A DNA stretch of 64,000 bases from an uncultured candidatus Porisulfidus sp. Its GTDB lineage: Bacteria > Pseudomonadota > Gammaproteobacteria > Poriferisulfidales > Oxydemutatoraceae. The notes below the pieces were generated by a model. That model was not told where the DNA came from, ran no database searches, and saw only the letters and a list, made by a program, of their open reading frames with translations. The stretch covers positions 1,312,001-1,376,000 of the forward strand of contig OZ244052.1 of NCBI GenBank assembly GCA_965215125.1, read 5' to 3'. Positions 9,608 through 20,394 of this stretch are shown piece by piece (position 1 is the first letter of the stretch; the number at the start of each line of letters is the position of its first letter). The position numbers and the translations under genes were made by a program.

Positions 9608-11287
9608 TTAGGTATATAGCTCCCAATAATAAACCAACAGCAACACCGAAAGCACGATGCCCATGACGATTATCAGTGTGGTGGTGGATACATCTCGTCC
9701 GTATGCATGGAGGTATTTCCCGCCTCTCTCCAGCGTGTATAGTCCTTGCTCGTGGATACGGCAATATAGTTTTTCTATACGCAAATACGGTGGTTTGAGA
9801 TAATGCCATAGGCATGTCGGCAGACGACGATACAGCCAATCAAGGTCTAGGGTGATGGTTTGTGTTCGTTTGAGCAACGGCAACATTAAGAAGAAGCCGA
9901 TTACGGCGAACAGTAATAGCTGGGATTGCGACACGACACGGACAAAGGTATACGGCTGATAGTCGACAGGGTAAGGGAGTAGTTGGTAGAACAGGTGAGG
10001 AAATATACCCACACCGATACACAGCACCGAGAAAAAAACCATTGCCGCTTTCATGTTGGTCGGCACTGCAATAACCGAATGAGGTTGTGGCTTGTTTTGA
10101 AAAAAAACGAACCATGGAAACATAATGCCGGCGTGCATAATCCCGGCCGAGGCAATCAGCAAGGCACTCCAAACCCAAGTCATTCCCGCTTCGAGCGCAG
10201 CGTCGCCGACCAGTGATTTTATAACGAAACCCGAAGTCAAAGGTACTGCCGAAATAGAGACCGCACCGATTAGCCCGCAGATCATCGTCAAACGCATGAC
10301 CCGATGCAGTCCGCCGAGATTGGAGCATTTTCTTTGTCCGGTTGCGTATAACACGCTACCTGCCGACATAAACAATAAAGCCTTATAGAGGATATGCACC
10401 GAGGCATGGGCAGCTGCGCCGTTGATTGCCATCTCGCTACCGATACCGGCACCTGCGACCATAAAGCCGACCTGATTGACGATACTATATGCAAGGATCC
10501 TGCGCATATCGTTTTCCAATAGTGCGTAGATGATGCCGTAGAAAATCATATACAATCCGATCGGAATCAAAATCGTCGTTCCGGCGAATACGACCAGCAA
10601 GGCGAAGACTGCCGATTTCGTCGTAAACGCCGATAGAAAGACACTACCGCTGATACTTCCTTCGGGATAGGCATCTGCAACCCAAGCCGACAGCGGTGGT
10701 GCGCCGGCGTTGATTAGGAAACCTATGAGTATCAACCACTCGTAAATGGACGATAAACCGAGCAAACGCAAACCGGCATCGCCGCTGTGTTCGATCAAAC
10801 CGACGATACCCCACAGTAAGAGCATGCCGGAAAATAAATGTATCAGGGCATAACGCATCGCCGCATTAAAAGAGGTCGCCGTACCGGTTGAGAACAGAAT
10901 CCAAGTTGAACCTATTGCCATAAGCTCCCAGAATATAAAGAATGTGATGAAGTCCCCGCAAAACACCAAGCCGATTGAGCTACCTGCGTACAGCTGTGCG
11001 GCGGATAATTCGGTGCGAGACGCTTGTTTCAATGCGAACCATAAGCCGCCTAAAGCCATCACTGCGAAGGTCGTTGCAAAGAGCAATCCCAAGCTACTTT
11101 TTTGGACGAGGATCAATTCATATCCCATCAACTCGACGACCACCGAGTCCTCGCCCAGCCATATCATTGCCAGACACAGCAGCGGTAGCAACAACAAAAT
11201 AATCCTGCTGCGCCCTCTTAAATAGTAGGCGAGAACGGCACCGCCGAACAAGATCAGCCCCGGCGACATTAACCAATCAACGCTCAT
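9608..11287 (-). CDS. mrpD: Mrp Na+/H+ antiporter subunit D/A-like
   Basis: Proton_antipo_M features FWELM, WVADAYPE, RRILAYSIVNQVG, HILYKALLFM. Confidence 0.9.
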   Translation of the reverse strand: MSVDWLMSPGLILFGGAVLAYYLRGRSRIILLLLPLLCLAMIWLGEDSVVVELMGYELILVQKSSLGLLFATTFAVMALGGLWFALKQASRTELSAAQLYAGSSIGLVFCGDFITFFIFWELMAIGSTWILFSTGTATSFNAAMRYALIHLFSGMLLLWGIVGLIEHSGDAGLRLLGLSSIYEWLILIGFLINAGAPPLSAWVADAYPEGSISGSVFLSAFTTKSAVFALLVVFAGTTILIPIGLYMIFYGIIYALLENDMRRILAYSIVNQVGFMVAGAGIGSEMAINGAAAHASVHILYKALLFMSAGSVLYATGQRKCSNLGGLHRVMRLTMICGLIGAVSISAVPLTSGFVIKSLVGDAALEAGMTWVWSALLIASAGIMHAGIMFPWFVFFQNKPQPHSVIAVPTNMKAAMVFFSVLCIGVGIFPHLFYQLLPYPVDYQPYTFVRVVSQSQLLLFAVIGFFLMLPLLKRTQTITLDLDWLYRRLPTCLWHYLKPPYLRIEKLYCRIHEQGLYTLERGGKYLHAYGRDVSTTTLIIVMGIVLSVLLLVYYWELYT

Positions 11288-11495
11288 AATGATTATCCTT
11301 TCGCTTTATTATTTTCCCGAGCATTAAGGCGGTTACGATTAATCCGATGCAAGCCAAAAAGCCGACCCCGGCATAAAACCCGGTTATTTGAGTGGCGTGT
11401 TCACCGAGCTGGAATTCCAACAGCAGTAGTAATCCGGCAAACAGCAATAAAATAGAGAGCAACCGACGCACGCTACGCGACCAATGTTCTTTCAT
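11277..11495 (-). CDS. Small 2-TM protein within the mrp operon
   Basis: Two hydrophobic helices; GFYAGVGF...KRKDNHYE; overlaps both neighbours. Confidence 0.75.
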   Translation of the reverse strand: MKEHWSRSVRRLLSILLLFAGLLLLLEFQLGEHATQITGFYAGVGFLACIGLIVTALMLGKIIKRKDNHYER

Positions 11496-12940
11496 AATAT
11501 GTTCCCGACTAAAGAGATAATGTTCCGGTTATAAAAGAATAGCAGTACGCAAATCAACACCGGAACAAGCATCGCAAATCGCATCACCAGCGGTGCCTCG
11601 CTGCCGCTTAGATTAACTCTAGACCTGAAAAATGCCCGATGAATAATCGGCAATAAGTAGGCGGCACTTAAAACACTACCGACGACGAAAACACCGATTG
11701 CGACATAGGTGTCGGAGGCAACGGCACCTTCCAATAAGAACCATTTACTGGTCAATCCTATCAGCGGCGGCATCCCGATAATGGAGAGGGCTGCCACCGT
11801 GAACAATCCCATCGTCCACGGCATCGTGCGCCCGATACCGTCGAGTTCTCGCACCTGACTATAACCGTTCGCCGTGTAAATCGCACCGGCACCGAAAAAC
11901 AAGGTGATTTTGGCAAAACCGTGGGCGACCAGATGTAGCGTGGCACCCAACAACGCAATAGGATGCAATATCGCAATGCCCAAAACGATATAAGAGAGCT
12001 GGCTGATCGTCGAGTAGGCCAACAGTTTCTTTAACTGCGCTTGCCGCATCGCAATAACCGATGCCGCCAAGACGGTGAAGCCGGCAAGATAAACAAACCA
12101 GTCGGCTCCTACCGCTGTTAGGGTATCTATCCCGAATGTATACACCACGAGTTTCATAATCGTAAATACACCCGCTTTGACGACTGCGACGGCATGGAGC
12201 AGAGCACTGACCGGCACCGGTGCCACCATCGCACTCGGCAACCAGCGATGCAACGGCATAATCGCAGCTTTAGACGCGCCCAAGACAACCAAAAGTAACA
12301 ACACGGTAATCTCCAAGTCGCTCGCATTACCTTGCATAATACCGCCTTTCTCAAAATCCAAGGTGCCGGTGTTGAAGCCGATCCAAATAATAGCGATTAG
12401 TAGAAATAGCGATGTGCCGACCAATGTCAGCAAATAAAGCCACCCGGCTTTTAGGGCTTCGGCACTACGGCTATGGACAACCAACGGGTAGGTACTGAAA
12501 CTCAATATCTCGTAGAATATAAAGAGCGTGAGTAAATTGTCGGCAAACGCAATGCCCAAGGCACTGCCTATCGCAAGGCTATAACACGCAAAGAAGTGCG
12601 TGGTACGTTTCAGCTTATTCCCGTACATATAGCTCATTGCGTACAGCGAACTCACCGGCCACAGTATGCAAACCAATCCGGCAAATATCAACCCCAAGGG
12701 TTCTGCCGAAAAAGCGATGCCGATATTACCGACGATATCCAACAACACAACATTTGAATCGATCATCGGCGTATAGTCCATTGCAAACAATATCAAAGCA
12801 AGCAAGGAAATAAACGGTGCGACGGTATTGATTGTATTGATCAGGTTTGGTTTTTTATAGCTCAATACAATCAACGCAGCTGCCGCAAACGGCACTGCAA
12901 GACACCACAACAAGGCTCCCGATGCCATTATTGCCTCCAC
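11492..12940 (-). CDS. mrpD: Mrp antiporter subunit D-family
   Basis: FYEILS, WLPSAMVAP, LHAVAVVKAG, KLLAYSTISQLSY. Confidence 0.9.
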   Translation of the reverse strand: MEAIMASGALLWCLAVPFAAAALIVLSYKKPNLINTINTVAPFISLLALILFAMDYTPMIDSNVVLLDIVGNIGIAFSAEPLGLIFAGLVCILWPVSSLYAMSYMYGNKLKRTTHFFACYSLAIGSALGIAFADNLLTLFIFYEILSFSTYPLVVHSRSAEALKAGWLYLLTLVGTSLFLLIAIIWIGFNTGTLDFEKGGIMQGNASDLEITVLLLLVVLGASKAAIMPLHRWLPSAMVAPVPVSALLHAVAVVKAGVFTIMKLVVYTFGIDTLTAVGADWFVYLAGFTVLAASVIAMRQAQLKKLLAYSTISQLSYIVLGIAILHPIALLGATLHLVAHGFAKITLFFGAGAIYTANGYSQVRELDGIGRTMPWTMGLFTVAALSIIGMPPLIGLTSKWFLLEGAVASDTYVAIGVFVVGSVLSAAYLLPIIHRAFFRSRVNLSGSEAPLVMRFAMLVPVLICVLLFFYNRNIISLVGNIL

Positions 12941-14388
12941 AGCTGATTACCGACCTGCAAGCAAATCTCGGTTAACCAAGTAGGCAGGATGCCGATATTG
13001 ATGATAATGAAAACCAGCGCATAGACGGCAATGTTCATGCTAAGCGGAGCCTCTTCGACGGCAACCGACGGCCCTTTTTCAAAATAAGCGGCTTCTATCA
13101 AACGCCAGACATAAACCAAGCCGAGCAAAGAACCTATCAGCACTACGATCACGATATGCCAAGCATCCGCCTCCAGAGCGGCAGCGATTAAATACCACTT
13201 GCTTATGAAGCCCGAGGTCAACGGGATGCCGATGAGTCCCAAACCGCCGATCACCAATGCCGCAGTAGTCAGCGGCATTTGCTTGGATATGCCGCGCAGG
13301 TCGGTGATTGTGCAGTCTCCCATACGATACACCACACTGCCCAACGCTAAAAACAGCATGCACTTTATAATTGCATGATTAAACAAATGTATCAATGCCG
13401 CACCGAGTCCGGCGGCACTCAGCAGCCCCATCGCAACGACGATATAACCCAGTTGTGCGATGCTCGAATAAGCCATCATTCTTTTGAGATGCTCTTGCCG
13501 GCAAGCGACGAACGAACCGAATAAAATAGAAAGGCTACCCAAAAGCAATAGGATGTTGCCTAAGTGAGCCGAGAACGTAGAGCCGCCGAACACATCAAAA
13601 TAAAAGCGGATTAACAGATAAAGCGAAACCTTGCTACTTATTCCGGAAAATAGCGCACTGATCGGCGACGGTGTGTGAGTATAAACACGAGGTAACCATA
13701 AATGCAAAGGGAAGATAGCACTTTTGAACAATAAACCGATGCCGATAAAGGCCAATGCTGCCAGCCCCGCCTTTGTGTCCAGCAATGCCGGTATACGCGT
13801 CGATAGGTCGCTTAGGTTTAGTGTGCCGCTCAACACATACAAATAGCCGATGCCCAGCAATAAAAATACCGCGCCCAGAGTGCCCAGCAACAGATATTGA
13901 TAAGCCGCATTCAAGTCATTCGGTTTGCCTTTGGCGGCAGTCAACCCGTAGCTGGCGAGCGATGCCATTTCCAAAAAGACATAGATATTGAACAAATCGT
14001 CGGATACGACAACACCCATAAAGCCGGCTTGCACTATGAACAGCGCACTATAGACGGGATACCGATGCCGTTCTGCAAGTTCTACGGCAAAACTCTCGGG
14101 AATGTACAAAAATACCGCCAGAAAGACGATGCTTAATAAGAAAGCCACCAGTGCGTTGAGCGTATCAACCTGATAAGCGATACCGAAGGGCGGTACCCAG
14201 CCGCCTAAATAATAGGGCATTTTTTCCGTATTGGGGATGTATGCCAGCATCCAATCACACGCTGCGAACAACAGAATGCCGACGACTAAAGACAAAATGT
14301 AGAGATGTTTAGGGTTGCGCAGCAATAAGCATAGCGGGGCGCAAAGCAACGGCAATGCAACGATCAACACAGGGATGTATATCAGCAT
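12928..14388 (-). CDS. mrpD: Mrp antiporter subunit D
   Basis: GGWVPPFGI, DLFNIYVFLE, FPLHLWLP, KRMMAYSSIAQLGY. Confidence 0.92.
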   Translation of the reverse strand: MLIYIPVLIVALPLLCAPLCLLLRNPKHLYILSLVVGILLFAACDWMLAYIPNTEKMPYYLGGWVPPFGIAYQVDTLNALVAFLLSIVFLAVFLYIPESFAVELAERHRYPVYSALFIVQAGFMGVVVSDDLFNIYVFLEMASLASYGLTAAKGKPNDLNAAYQYLLLGTLGAVFLLLGIGYLYVLSGTLNLSDLSTRIPALLDTKAGLAALAFIGIGLLFKSAIFPLHLWLPRVYTHTPSPISALFSGISSKVSLYLLIRFYFDVFGGSTFSAHLGNILLLLGSLSILFGSFVACRQEHLKRMMAYSSIAQLGYIVVAMGLLSAAGLGAALIHLFNHAIIKCMLFLALGSVVYRMGDCTITDLRGISKQMPLTTAALVIGGLGLIGIPLTSGFISKWYLIAAALEADAWHIVIVVLIGSLLGLVYVWRLIEAAYFEKGPSVAVEEAPLSMNIAVYALVFIIINIGILPTWLTEICLQVGNQLWRQ

Positions 14389-14408
14389 CGGGATTTAGTA
14401 AACGGCTC

Positions 14409-14774
14409 CTAATCGGAGGTGTAATTCTTTTCGGTCTCGGGTGATGCCGTTTGCGCCTCTGCCGAAGAAGATTTTTTTATTTTGATAATCAAGGCGAGCC
14501 CGACCGCAGTCATCGAAACATTGACAACGATTGCGGTGAGTATCAGCACATGGGGTAAGGGGTTTGCATAAATATCGTAGTAGGGAGACAATAGCGGTGC
14601 GGTACTACCGACGACCGTGCTTGCCGATATGAAAAAAATAAAAACGGAGGTTTGCAATATGCCGATGCCGATTAATTTTTTAATCAGATTATCGTAGGCT
14701 ATGGTGATATAAAGCCCGATTGCGAGGAGTGTTGCGATTAGCAAGTGCATATAAGGCTGAAAAGAAGCATCCAT
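14409..14774 (-). CDS. mrpC: Mrp antiporter subunit C
   Basis: NLIKKLIG, NPLPHVLILTAIVV. Confidence 0.93.
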   Translation of the reverse strand: MDASFQPYMHLLIATLLAIGLYITIAYDNLIKKLIGIGILQTSVFIFFISASTVVGSTAPLLSPYYDIYANPLPHVLILTAIVVNVSMTAVGLALIIKIKKSSSAEAQTASPETEKNYTSD

Positions 14775-14776
14775 AG

Positions 14777-15202
14777 CTATTTGTCGACCTCCTCCATCAA
14801 TAAGTAAAATATCAACATTACAACCCCGACTATGGTGATGCCGACCCCGAGTTCAATCAGTACGATACCTAGATGTTGTGCCGACAGCGGTTGCTCCAGT
14901 AGCACCGAATAGTCCAGGAACTGTCCACCCATCACCAAACCGGCAAAACCGACCAAAAGATAAAGGCTGAGCCCCAGGCTTGCCAATATCTGTGCGGTGC
15001 GTATAGAGATAACGCGCCGAGCTCTTTTCACCCCGTAGCTTAATGCGTAAAGCACCAAAGCGATTGCGAATATCACGCCGGCTTGAAAACCGCCACCCGG
15101 CCCGTATTCGCCGTGGAATTGCACATAAAGTGCGTAGAGCAATATCGTCGGCACCGAGGTATGTACGGTTTCCCGAATTATCGGATTTTTTCTAATGATC
15201 AT
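14777..15202 (-). CDS. mrpB: Mrp antiporter subunit B
   Basis: HGEYGPGGGFQAG motif. Confidence 0.93.
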   Translation of the reverse strand: MIIRKNPIIRETVHTSVPTILLYALYVQFHGEYGPGGGFQAGVIFAIALVLYALSYGVKRARRVISIRTAQILASLGLSLYLLVGFAGLVMGGQFLDYSVLLEQPLSAQHLGIVLIELGVGITIVGVVMLIFYLLMEEVDK

Positions 15203-15740
15203 CGCGTTTCCTGTTAACTACACGGCTACCCAATATAATCAATACACCGACACCGGCGGTGAAAATAACCGCGACCTCTCCCAGCGTATCCATGCCGCGA
15301 TAACTTGCCAATATGGAGGTCACCACATTCGGTATGCCGATATCGTGCATTGAATGTTCCAAATAATAGCGCGCGACATAAGCGTGCAGTGCCGCGTCTG
15401 CATCGCCCAATTCGGGTAAGTCGAGCATAGAGTAGTAGACCAAAGCACCGACGGCAAAAGACACGATGAGCGCAGGGATTTTCATCGCTACAACATAAAC
15501 CCGCTCCTCTCCTACGGCAGCGATTGCCTCTAAGAACAGTACGGTGCTGATACCGGCACCCACGGCAGCCTCGGTAAAAGCAACATCGGGCGCGTGTAAT
15601 ATCATATAAAGCGATGACGCCAGTAGACTCAAGATGCCGGCTAGGAAAGCGACCGAGAACAAATTTTTTGTGCGGGCAATAATAAAAGCGGTTAACACGA
15701 GTAGCAACAAGATCAACAAGAGGATATAGTCTTCTATCAT
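15192..15740 (-). CDS. DUF4040 / MrpA C-terminal-like subunit
   Basis: APDVAFTEAAVGAG, NVVTSILASYRGMDTLGE; start MIEDY overlaps the mrpG stop. Confidence 0.88.
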   Translation of the reverse strand: MIEDYILLLILLLLVLTAFIIARTKNLFSVAFLAGILSLLASSLYMILHAPDVAFTEAAVGAGISTVLFLEAIAAVGEERVYVVAMKIPALIVSFAVGALVYYSMLDLPELGDADAALHAYVARYYLEHSMHDIGIPNVVTSILASYRGMDTLGEVAVIFTAGVGVLIILGSRVVNRKRDDH

Positions 15741-16018
15741 TCCGCTCTCCCGGATTGGTGGATATTGAACAGTGCATGTATTGCAACGGGAGAGGTGATC
15801 ACTAGGAACAATATGATCAAAGCGAGTTTCAGCGAGACTATAGACCAACCGTATTGTAATATCACCGCGATGATAATCAGCGATGCACCGAATACATCCA
15901 CGAGGCTTGCGGCGTGTGATCGGGTTTCAAAGTTCGGCATGCGCAACATACCGATGGCACCGATGACTACGAGTATGCCGCCGGCTACGGCAAAACCCCA
16001 ACTTAATATCTCAATCAT
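15737..16018 (-). CDS. mrpG: Mrp antiporter subunit G
   Basis: GAIGMLRMPNFETRSHAAS...PVAIHAL. Confidence 0.92.
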   Translation of the reverse strand: MIEILSWGFAVAGGILVVIGAIGMLRMPNFETRSHAASLVDVFGASLIIIAVILQYGWSIVSLKLALIILFLVITSPVAIHALFNIHQSGRAE

Positions 16019-16310
16019 CGGGTGCCTTCTCGTGTTCGGTTTTGGAGAACGATAGCCAATCCCGCCCTTTCTTATCGAACAGCCGCAACAAAGTAACGAT
16101 GCTTACAAAATTGACCAGTGCGTACAACAATGCGATATCTATGAAATAATCGCGTCCCGACAATCCGCCGATGACGACAATCAATAATATAGTGATCGTG
16201 CCGAAAGTATTGATTGCAAGCACTTGGTCGAATATCTGCTGGGCAAGGGTAGCGTGCAGTAGAACCAGCAACATCGCAAATAGCAACAAGCCCGCCATCA
16301 CCTCAATCAT
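16011..16310 (-). CDS. mrpF: Mrp antiporter subunit F
   Basis: FDQVLAINTFGT...DIALLYALVNF. Confidence 0.9.
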   Translation of the reverse strand: MIEVMAGLLLFAMLLVLLHATLAQQIFDQVLAINTFGTITILLIVVIGGLSGRDYFIDIALLYALVNFVSIVTLLRLFDKKGRDWLSFSKTEHEKAPDD

Positions 16311-16785
16311 CGTGCTTTCCTTGTAGCCACCGTATTTTCTCCGTCATTTTGCCGTCGAGCAGATCACGGACATTCGCATCGCTTAACGCGTGTACATGTA
16401 TAAAGCCGTCTTCGATATCTGCACTAATCGTGCCGGGAGTAAGCGTGATGGAGTTTGCGTGTATTAGATGTAATAAGGGATGCTTACCGACGAGTTTTAC
16501 TTTTAGATATTGAGGCTTTATAGGTAGGCGTGGATGTATAATGCTATATGCGACTTGCAGATTGCTTAAAATTATTTGCCAAATTAGCCAAACGGCATAG
16601 ACGGGTAGCTTTAGATAGAGTGTCGGGCGATGTTCACCGGTACCTATGACGCGCATCCGCATCGATAAATAGATAACGAGTGCTACGCTTGCAATACCGA
16701 GTGCTATCGTTAATACACTATAGTATCCCGATAGTGTCAACCAAAAAATAAAGAGCAATATAGCAATTAGTAACTGTGCGCGCAT
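16303..16785 (-). CDS. mrpE: Mrp antiporter subunit E
   Basis: ANSITLTPGT, VHAL motifs. Confidence 0.93.
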   Translation of the reverse strand: MRAQLLIAILLFIFWLTLSGYYSVLTIALGIASVALVIYLSMRMRVIGTGEHRPTLYLKLPVYAVWLIWQIILSNLQVAYSIIHPRLPIKPQYLKVKLVGKHPLLHLIHANSITLTPGTISADIEDGFIHVHALSDANVRDLLDGKMTEKIRWLQGKHDD

Positions 16786-17090
16786 CGAATCTTTTAGTGT
16801 ATTATGGTTGATTTTCTATAATTAAGTTTATTCATTATCAACTAAGTATAAATTATTTACGGTAATCTTCTATATTTAAGTTTTGCACGATTGATAAATA
16901 TCGCAAACTATTATAGTCATAATATCTTCTACAACAGACGGTAGAAAAGGATTATATAAAATATACCGAACTACCTCCCCATTTCTAATTTATCTGCGTT
17001 AAAACGTGGTAGGCATAAGCGACGACTTTAGCCTATCGTGAGCAGATATTTCGTTGTCTGCTAAAATAACCGCTTTAACGAGTTTCTATT

Positions 17091-19931
17091 ATGTCATTTA
17101 TCATGTCCGACGACCGCCATCTACGAGCCCGCGTCAAGCTATTAGGCAGGATGCTGGGCGATGTTATTAAGGAAAATAACGATGTGCGTACATTCAACAC
17201 CATAGAAAAGTTGCGCAAGGAATTTATTGGCTTGAGCAAAAAGAAAAACGATAAAAAAGTCCAAAACCTTATTGCCGTAATTGACACCTTAGAACCGGAT
17301 ATGATCTTCACGATTATTCGGGCTTTTTCTACTTATTTTAATTTAGCGAATATCGCCGAGGAGATTAGTCAGTATAAAGGTGTTCACCGACGTCTATCAT
17401 CGGTCGACAAATCCAGCTTAGAGACCGGCATACCCATTGCGGTACTTGCATCACTTAAGGAAACAGGTATTAACGCTGCCGATGTACAGAAACTTTTTAA
17501 CAAACTAAAATATATACCTGTTTTTACCGCGCATCCGACCGAAGCGACGCGGCGCACGATTATGCAACTACAAAAGCGTATCTTTGAGATTGCCGAACAA
17601 ATGGAAAAGAACCTATATAGCAAGGAAGGAAAAGAAGAGAAAGAACATCTATTGCGCAAATTATTTAACGACATACGGGTTTTGTGGAAAACAGAAGAGG
17701 TTCGTCTGAGCAAGCCTAGTGTTGAATTAGAAGTTACCAACGGACTTTATTATTACAAAACCTCCCTATTCGAAACGGTCCCACGAGTATATAGAATGTT
17801 GGAAACCGCAGTTGCCGAAGTTTATTCGGGGGAGGAAATCATAATTCCTAGTTTCATCAATTTCGGTTCGTGGATCGGCGGCGATAGGGACGGTAACCCC
17901 TATGTAACACCGGCGGTGACTATACACACCGTGAAACTACAATCTATGTTAATACTTGAACATTACATAGATTGCGTCGAGCAACTTCTAGGTACTTTGA
18001 CGCACTCAATCAACCTAGTCGACCTTTCCGAGAATTTTATACTCGAGCAACGCAAGGACAAGGAAGAGGGTGTGGTAGCAAAAGCATATAAGGATACCGG
18101 ATATAACTTTGTTAAAGAACCTTATCGTTGTAAATTATCCGTCGTCCTTTACCGGTTACGATGTAAATTGCGATTGATTAAAGGCAAAAGCTCAAGTGCC
18201 GACGATAGAAAGTATGCGTACCGACACGAATACGAAATGCTTGACGATTTAAGGTCAATATCCGAATCCTTATTTCATCACGGTGATCGTATTATTGCCG
18301 AAGCCGAGTTGAAAGACTTAATCCGATTGGTTGAGACTTTCGGTTTTTATCTGGCACGTTTGGATGTTAGAGACGAATCCAAGCAACACGCAATGGCGAT
18401 AACCGAAATAGTAAAACAATGGGGGTGTTCCGACTATTTGTCAATGACTGCGGCACAAAAGGCGGATTATTTAAGCAAGAAAATAGACGAAGATACCGAA
18501 CCGAACATTAGTAAAAGTCGCTTGAGCGATGAAGCAAAACGTATTCTGGAAGTCTTTGAGTGTATGGTAAAAGTGCAGAACGAGATTAGCCCCGAAGCAA
18601 TCGGCAACTATGTCGTATCTATGACGCACAACGCCAGCGATGTATTGGAGGTGATCCTGTTAGCTAAAATGAACGGTTTAGTCGGGAAAAACTCGGATGG
18701 CGATTTTTATTGCAATATCAATGTTTCACCGTTGTTTGAAACGATAGACGACTTATCGCGAACCAAAGACATACTGGAGGATTTATTCGGCAATCCGGTC
18801 TACAACAAACTTTTACAAGTTTCAGATAGCTTACAGGAAATTATGTTAGGTTATTCCGACTCGTGTAAGGACGGCGGTATTCTTGCATCTAAATGGCAAC
18901 TATACCAAGCGCAAAAAAGCATCATCGGTTTGATGATTAAATATAGGATTACTTGCCGCTTGTTTCACGGACGCGGAGGCACTATCGGGCGCGGCGGCGG
19001 ACCGACTTATGAAGCAATTACCTCACAACCCCCCGGCACGGTGAACGGCCAAATTAAAATTACCGAGCAGGGCGAGGTGTTGTCTTATAAATATAACAAA
19101 CGGGAAGCTGCGGTTTATCATTTATCTACCGCAATCGCCGGATTAATCAATGCGAGTCAGCATCTAGCGAGATCACATTCCTTTGATCTTTCGTCCAGGC
19201 CTAGAGACGAGCAGGAACATCTGGAAATCATGTCTCGAATATGCGAATCGGGTGAGCGTTATTATCGTGATCTTATCGATAGTACCGAAGGTATAATGGA
19301 TTATTTTTACGAAGCGACACCGGTTGTTGAAATCGGGCAAATGAATATCGGGTCTCGCCCCACGCATCGTCGCACTGCCGATAGGTCGCGTCAATCTATA
19401 CGCGCAATACCTTGGGTATTCGGTTGGTCTTTATCTCGCCATACTCTTCCGGCTTGGTTCGGAATCGGTAGCGCACTGGAAGATTTTGTAGCAGGCCAAG
19501 CCAAGAATATGGAAAAACTAACAAGCCTATATAGAGAATGGCCTTTTTTCCATAGCTTGATGGAAAATGTGCAGATGGCATTGGCCAAAGCTAATATGGA
19601 TATTGCCGAGGAATATGCAAACCTATGTTCCGACCAAGAAAATGCTATGCGAATATTTAAGACTATTGAAGCCGAGTATCACAAAACGGTCGATCATGTA
19701 TTGCGAGTTAGTGGTTGTAGACAATTATTGGAACATCAACCTTCTCTGATGCTTTCGCTGCAAAGGCGAGAACCTTATATACGTCCTATTAATTACATAC
19801 AGATTATGTTGCTTAAAAAGTATCGCCGCACGCAACAGCACGCCGAAGCACACAGTGAGGAAAACGAATACCTAGAACTCGTACTGCGCTCCATCAGTGC
19901 AATCGCATCGGGTATGCGCAATACCGGCTAA
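17091..19931 (+). CDS. ppc: Phosphoenolpyruvate carboxylase
   Basis: VFTAHPTE, WIGGDRDGNP, QEIMLGYSDSCKDGG, FHGRGGTIGRGGGP, C-terminal MRNTG. Confidence 0.98.
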   Translation: MSFIMSDDRHLRARVKLLGRMLGDVIKENNDVRTFNTIEKLRKEFIGLSKKKNDKKVQNLIAVIDTLEPDMIFTIIRAFSTYFNLANIAEEISQYKGVHRRLSSVDKSSLETGIPIAVLASLKETGINAADVQKLFNKLKYIPVFTAHPTEATRRTIMQLQKRIFEIAEQMEKNLYSKEGKEEKEHLLRKLFNDIRVLWKTEEVRLSKPSVELEVTNGLYYYKTSLFETVPRVYRMLETAVAEVYSGEEIIIPSFINFGSWIGGDRDGNPYVTPAVTIHTVKLQSMLILEHYIDCVEQLLGTLTHSINLVDLSENFILEQRKDKEEGVVAKAYKDTGYNFVKEPYRCKLSVVLYRLRCKLRLIKGKSSSADDRKYAYRHEYEMLDDLRSISESLFHHGDRIIAEAELKDLIRLVETFGFYLARLDVRDESKQHAMAITEIVKQWGCSDYLSMTAAQKADYLSKKIDEDTEPNISKSRLSDEAKRILEVFECMVKVQNEISPEAIGNYVVSMTHNASDVLEVILLAKMNGLVGKNSDGDFYCNINVSPLFETIDDLSRTKDILEDLFGNPVYNKLLQVSDSLQEIMLGYSDSCKDGGILASKWQLYQAQKSIIGLMIKYRITCRLFHGRGGTIGRGGGPTYEAITSQPPGTVNGQIKITEQGEVLSYKYNKREAAVYHLSTAIAGLINASQHLARSHSFDLSSRPRDEQEHLEIMSRICESGERYYRDLIDSTEGIMDYFYEATPVVEIGQMNIGSRPTHRRTADRSRQSIRAIPWVFGWSLSRHTLPAWFGIGSALEDFVAGQAKNMEKLTSLYREWPFFHSLMENVQMALAKANMDIAEEYANLCSDQENAMRIFKTIEAEYHKTVDHVLRVSGCRQLLEHQPSLMLSLQRREPYIRPINYIQIMLLKKYRRTQQHAEAHSEENEYLELVLRSISAIASGMRNTG

Positions 19932-19943
19932 GTAAATGATATT

Positions 19944-20339
19944 TTAATCGGGCATTGCCGATAAATGCGGATATGTAATGTCGGAGTTGATTTTGATAAT
20001 CCGATTATCTTTGTCCAAGTAGACCAATATCGGCTTGTGTGTTTCCGCTTCGGCTTCGGATAAATGCGCGTAGGCGCATATAATAATTCGGTCGCCTACT
20101 ATGCCGCGATAAGCAGCGGCACCGTTTAGAGAAACTGTGCGACTACCGGCTTCCGCCTTAATCACATAAGTTGTAAAACGATCTCCGTTGCGCAGATTAT
20201 AAATTGCTATTTGTTGGTACTCGCGAATACCTGTAGTCGACATGAGTTCGGCATCCAAAGCACAAGAACCGTCGTATTCAACTTCGGTTTGTGTGACGCA
20301 AGCTCGGTGTAATTTACTTTGCAGAAAAGTTAATTCCAT
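19944..20339 (-). CDS. panD: Aspartate 1-decarboxylase
   Basis: SKLHRA, YDG|SC self-cleavage site, NGDRFTTY, LNGAAA; probable start MELTFL. Confidence 0.96.
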   Translation of the reverse strand: MELTFLQSKLHRACVTQTEVEYDGSCALDAELMSTTGIREYQQIAIYNLRNGDRFTTYVIKAEAGSRTVSLNGAAAYRGIVGDRIIICAYAHLSEAEAETHKPILVYLDKDNRIIKINSDITYPHLSAMPD

Positions 20340-20394
20340 ATTCGGGTACCCCATAAGTGCGTTTATTCTAACAGATAGTAGAATCTATAACCGG

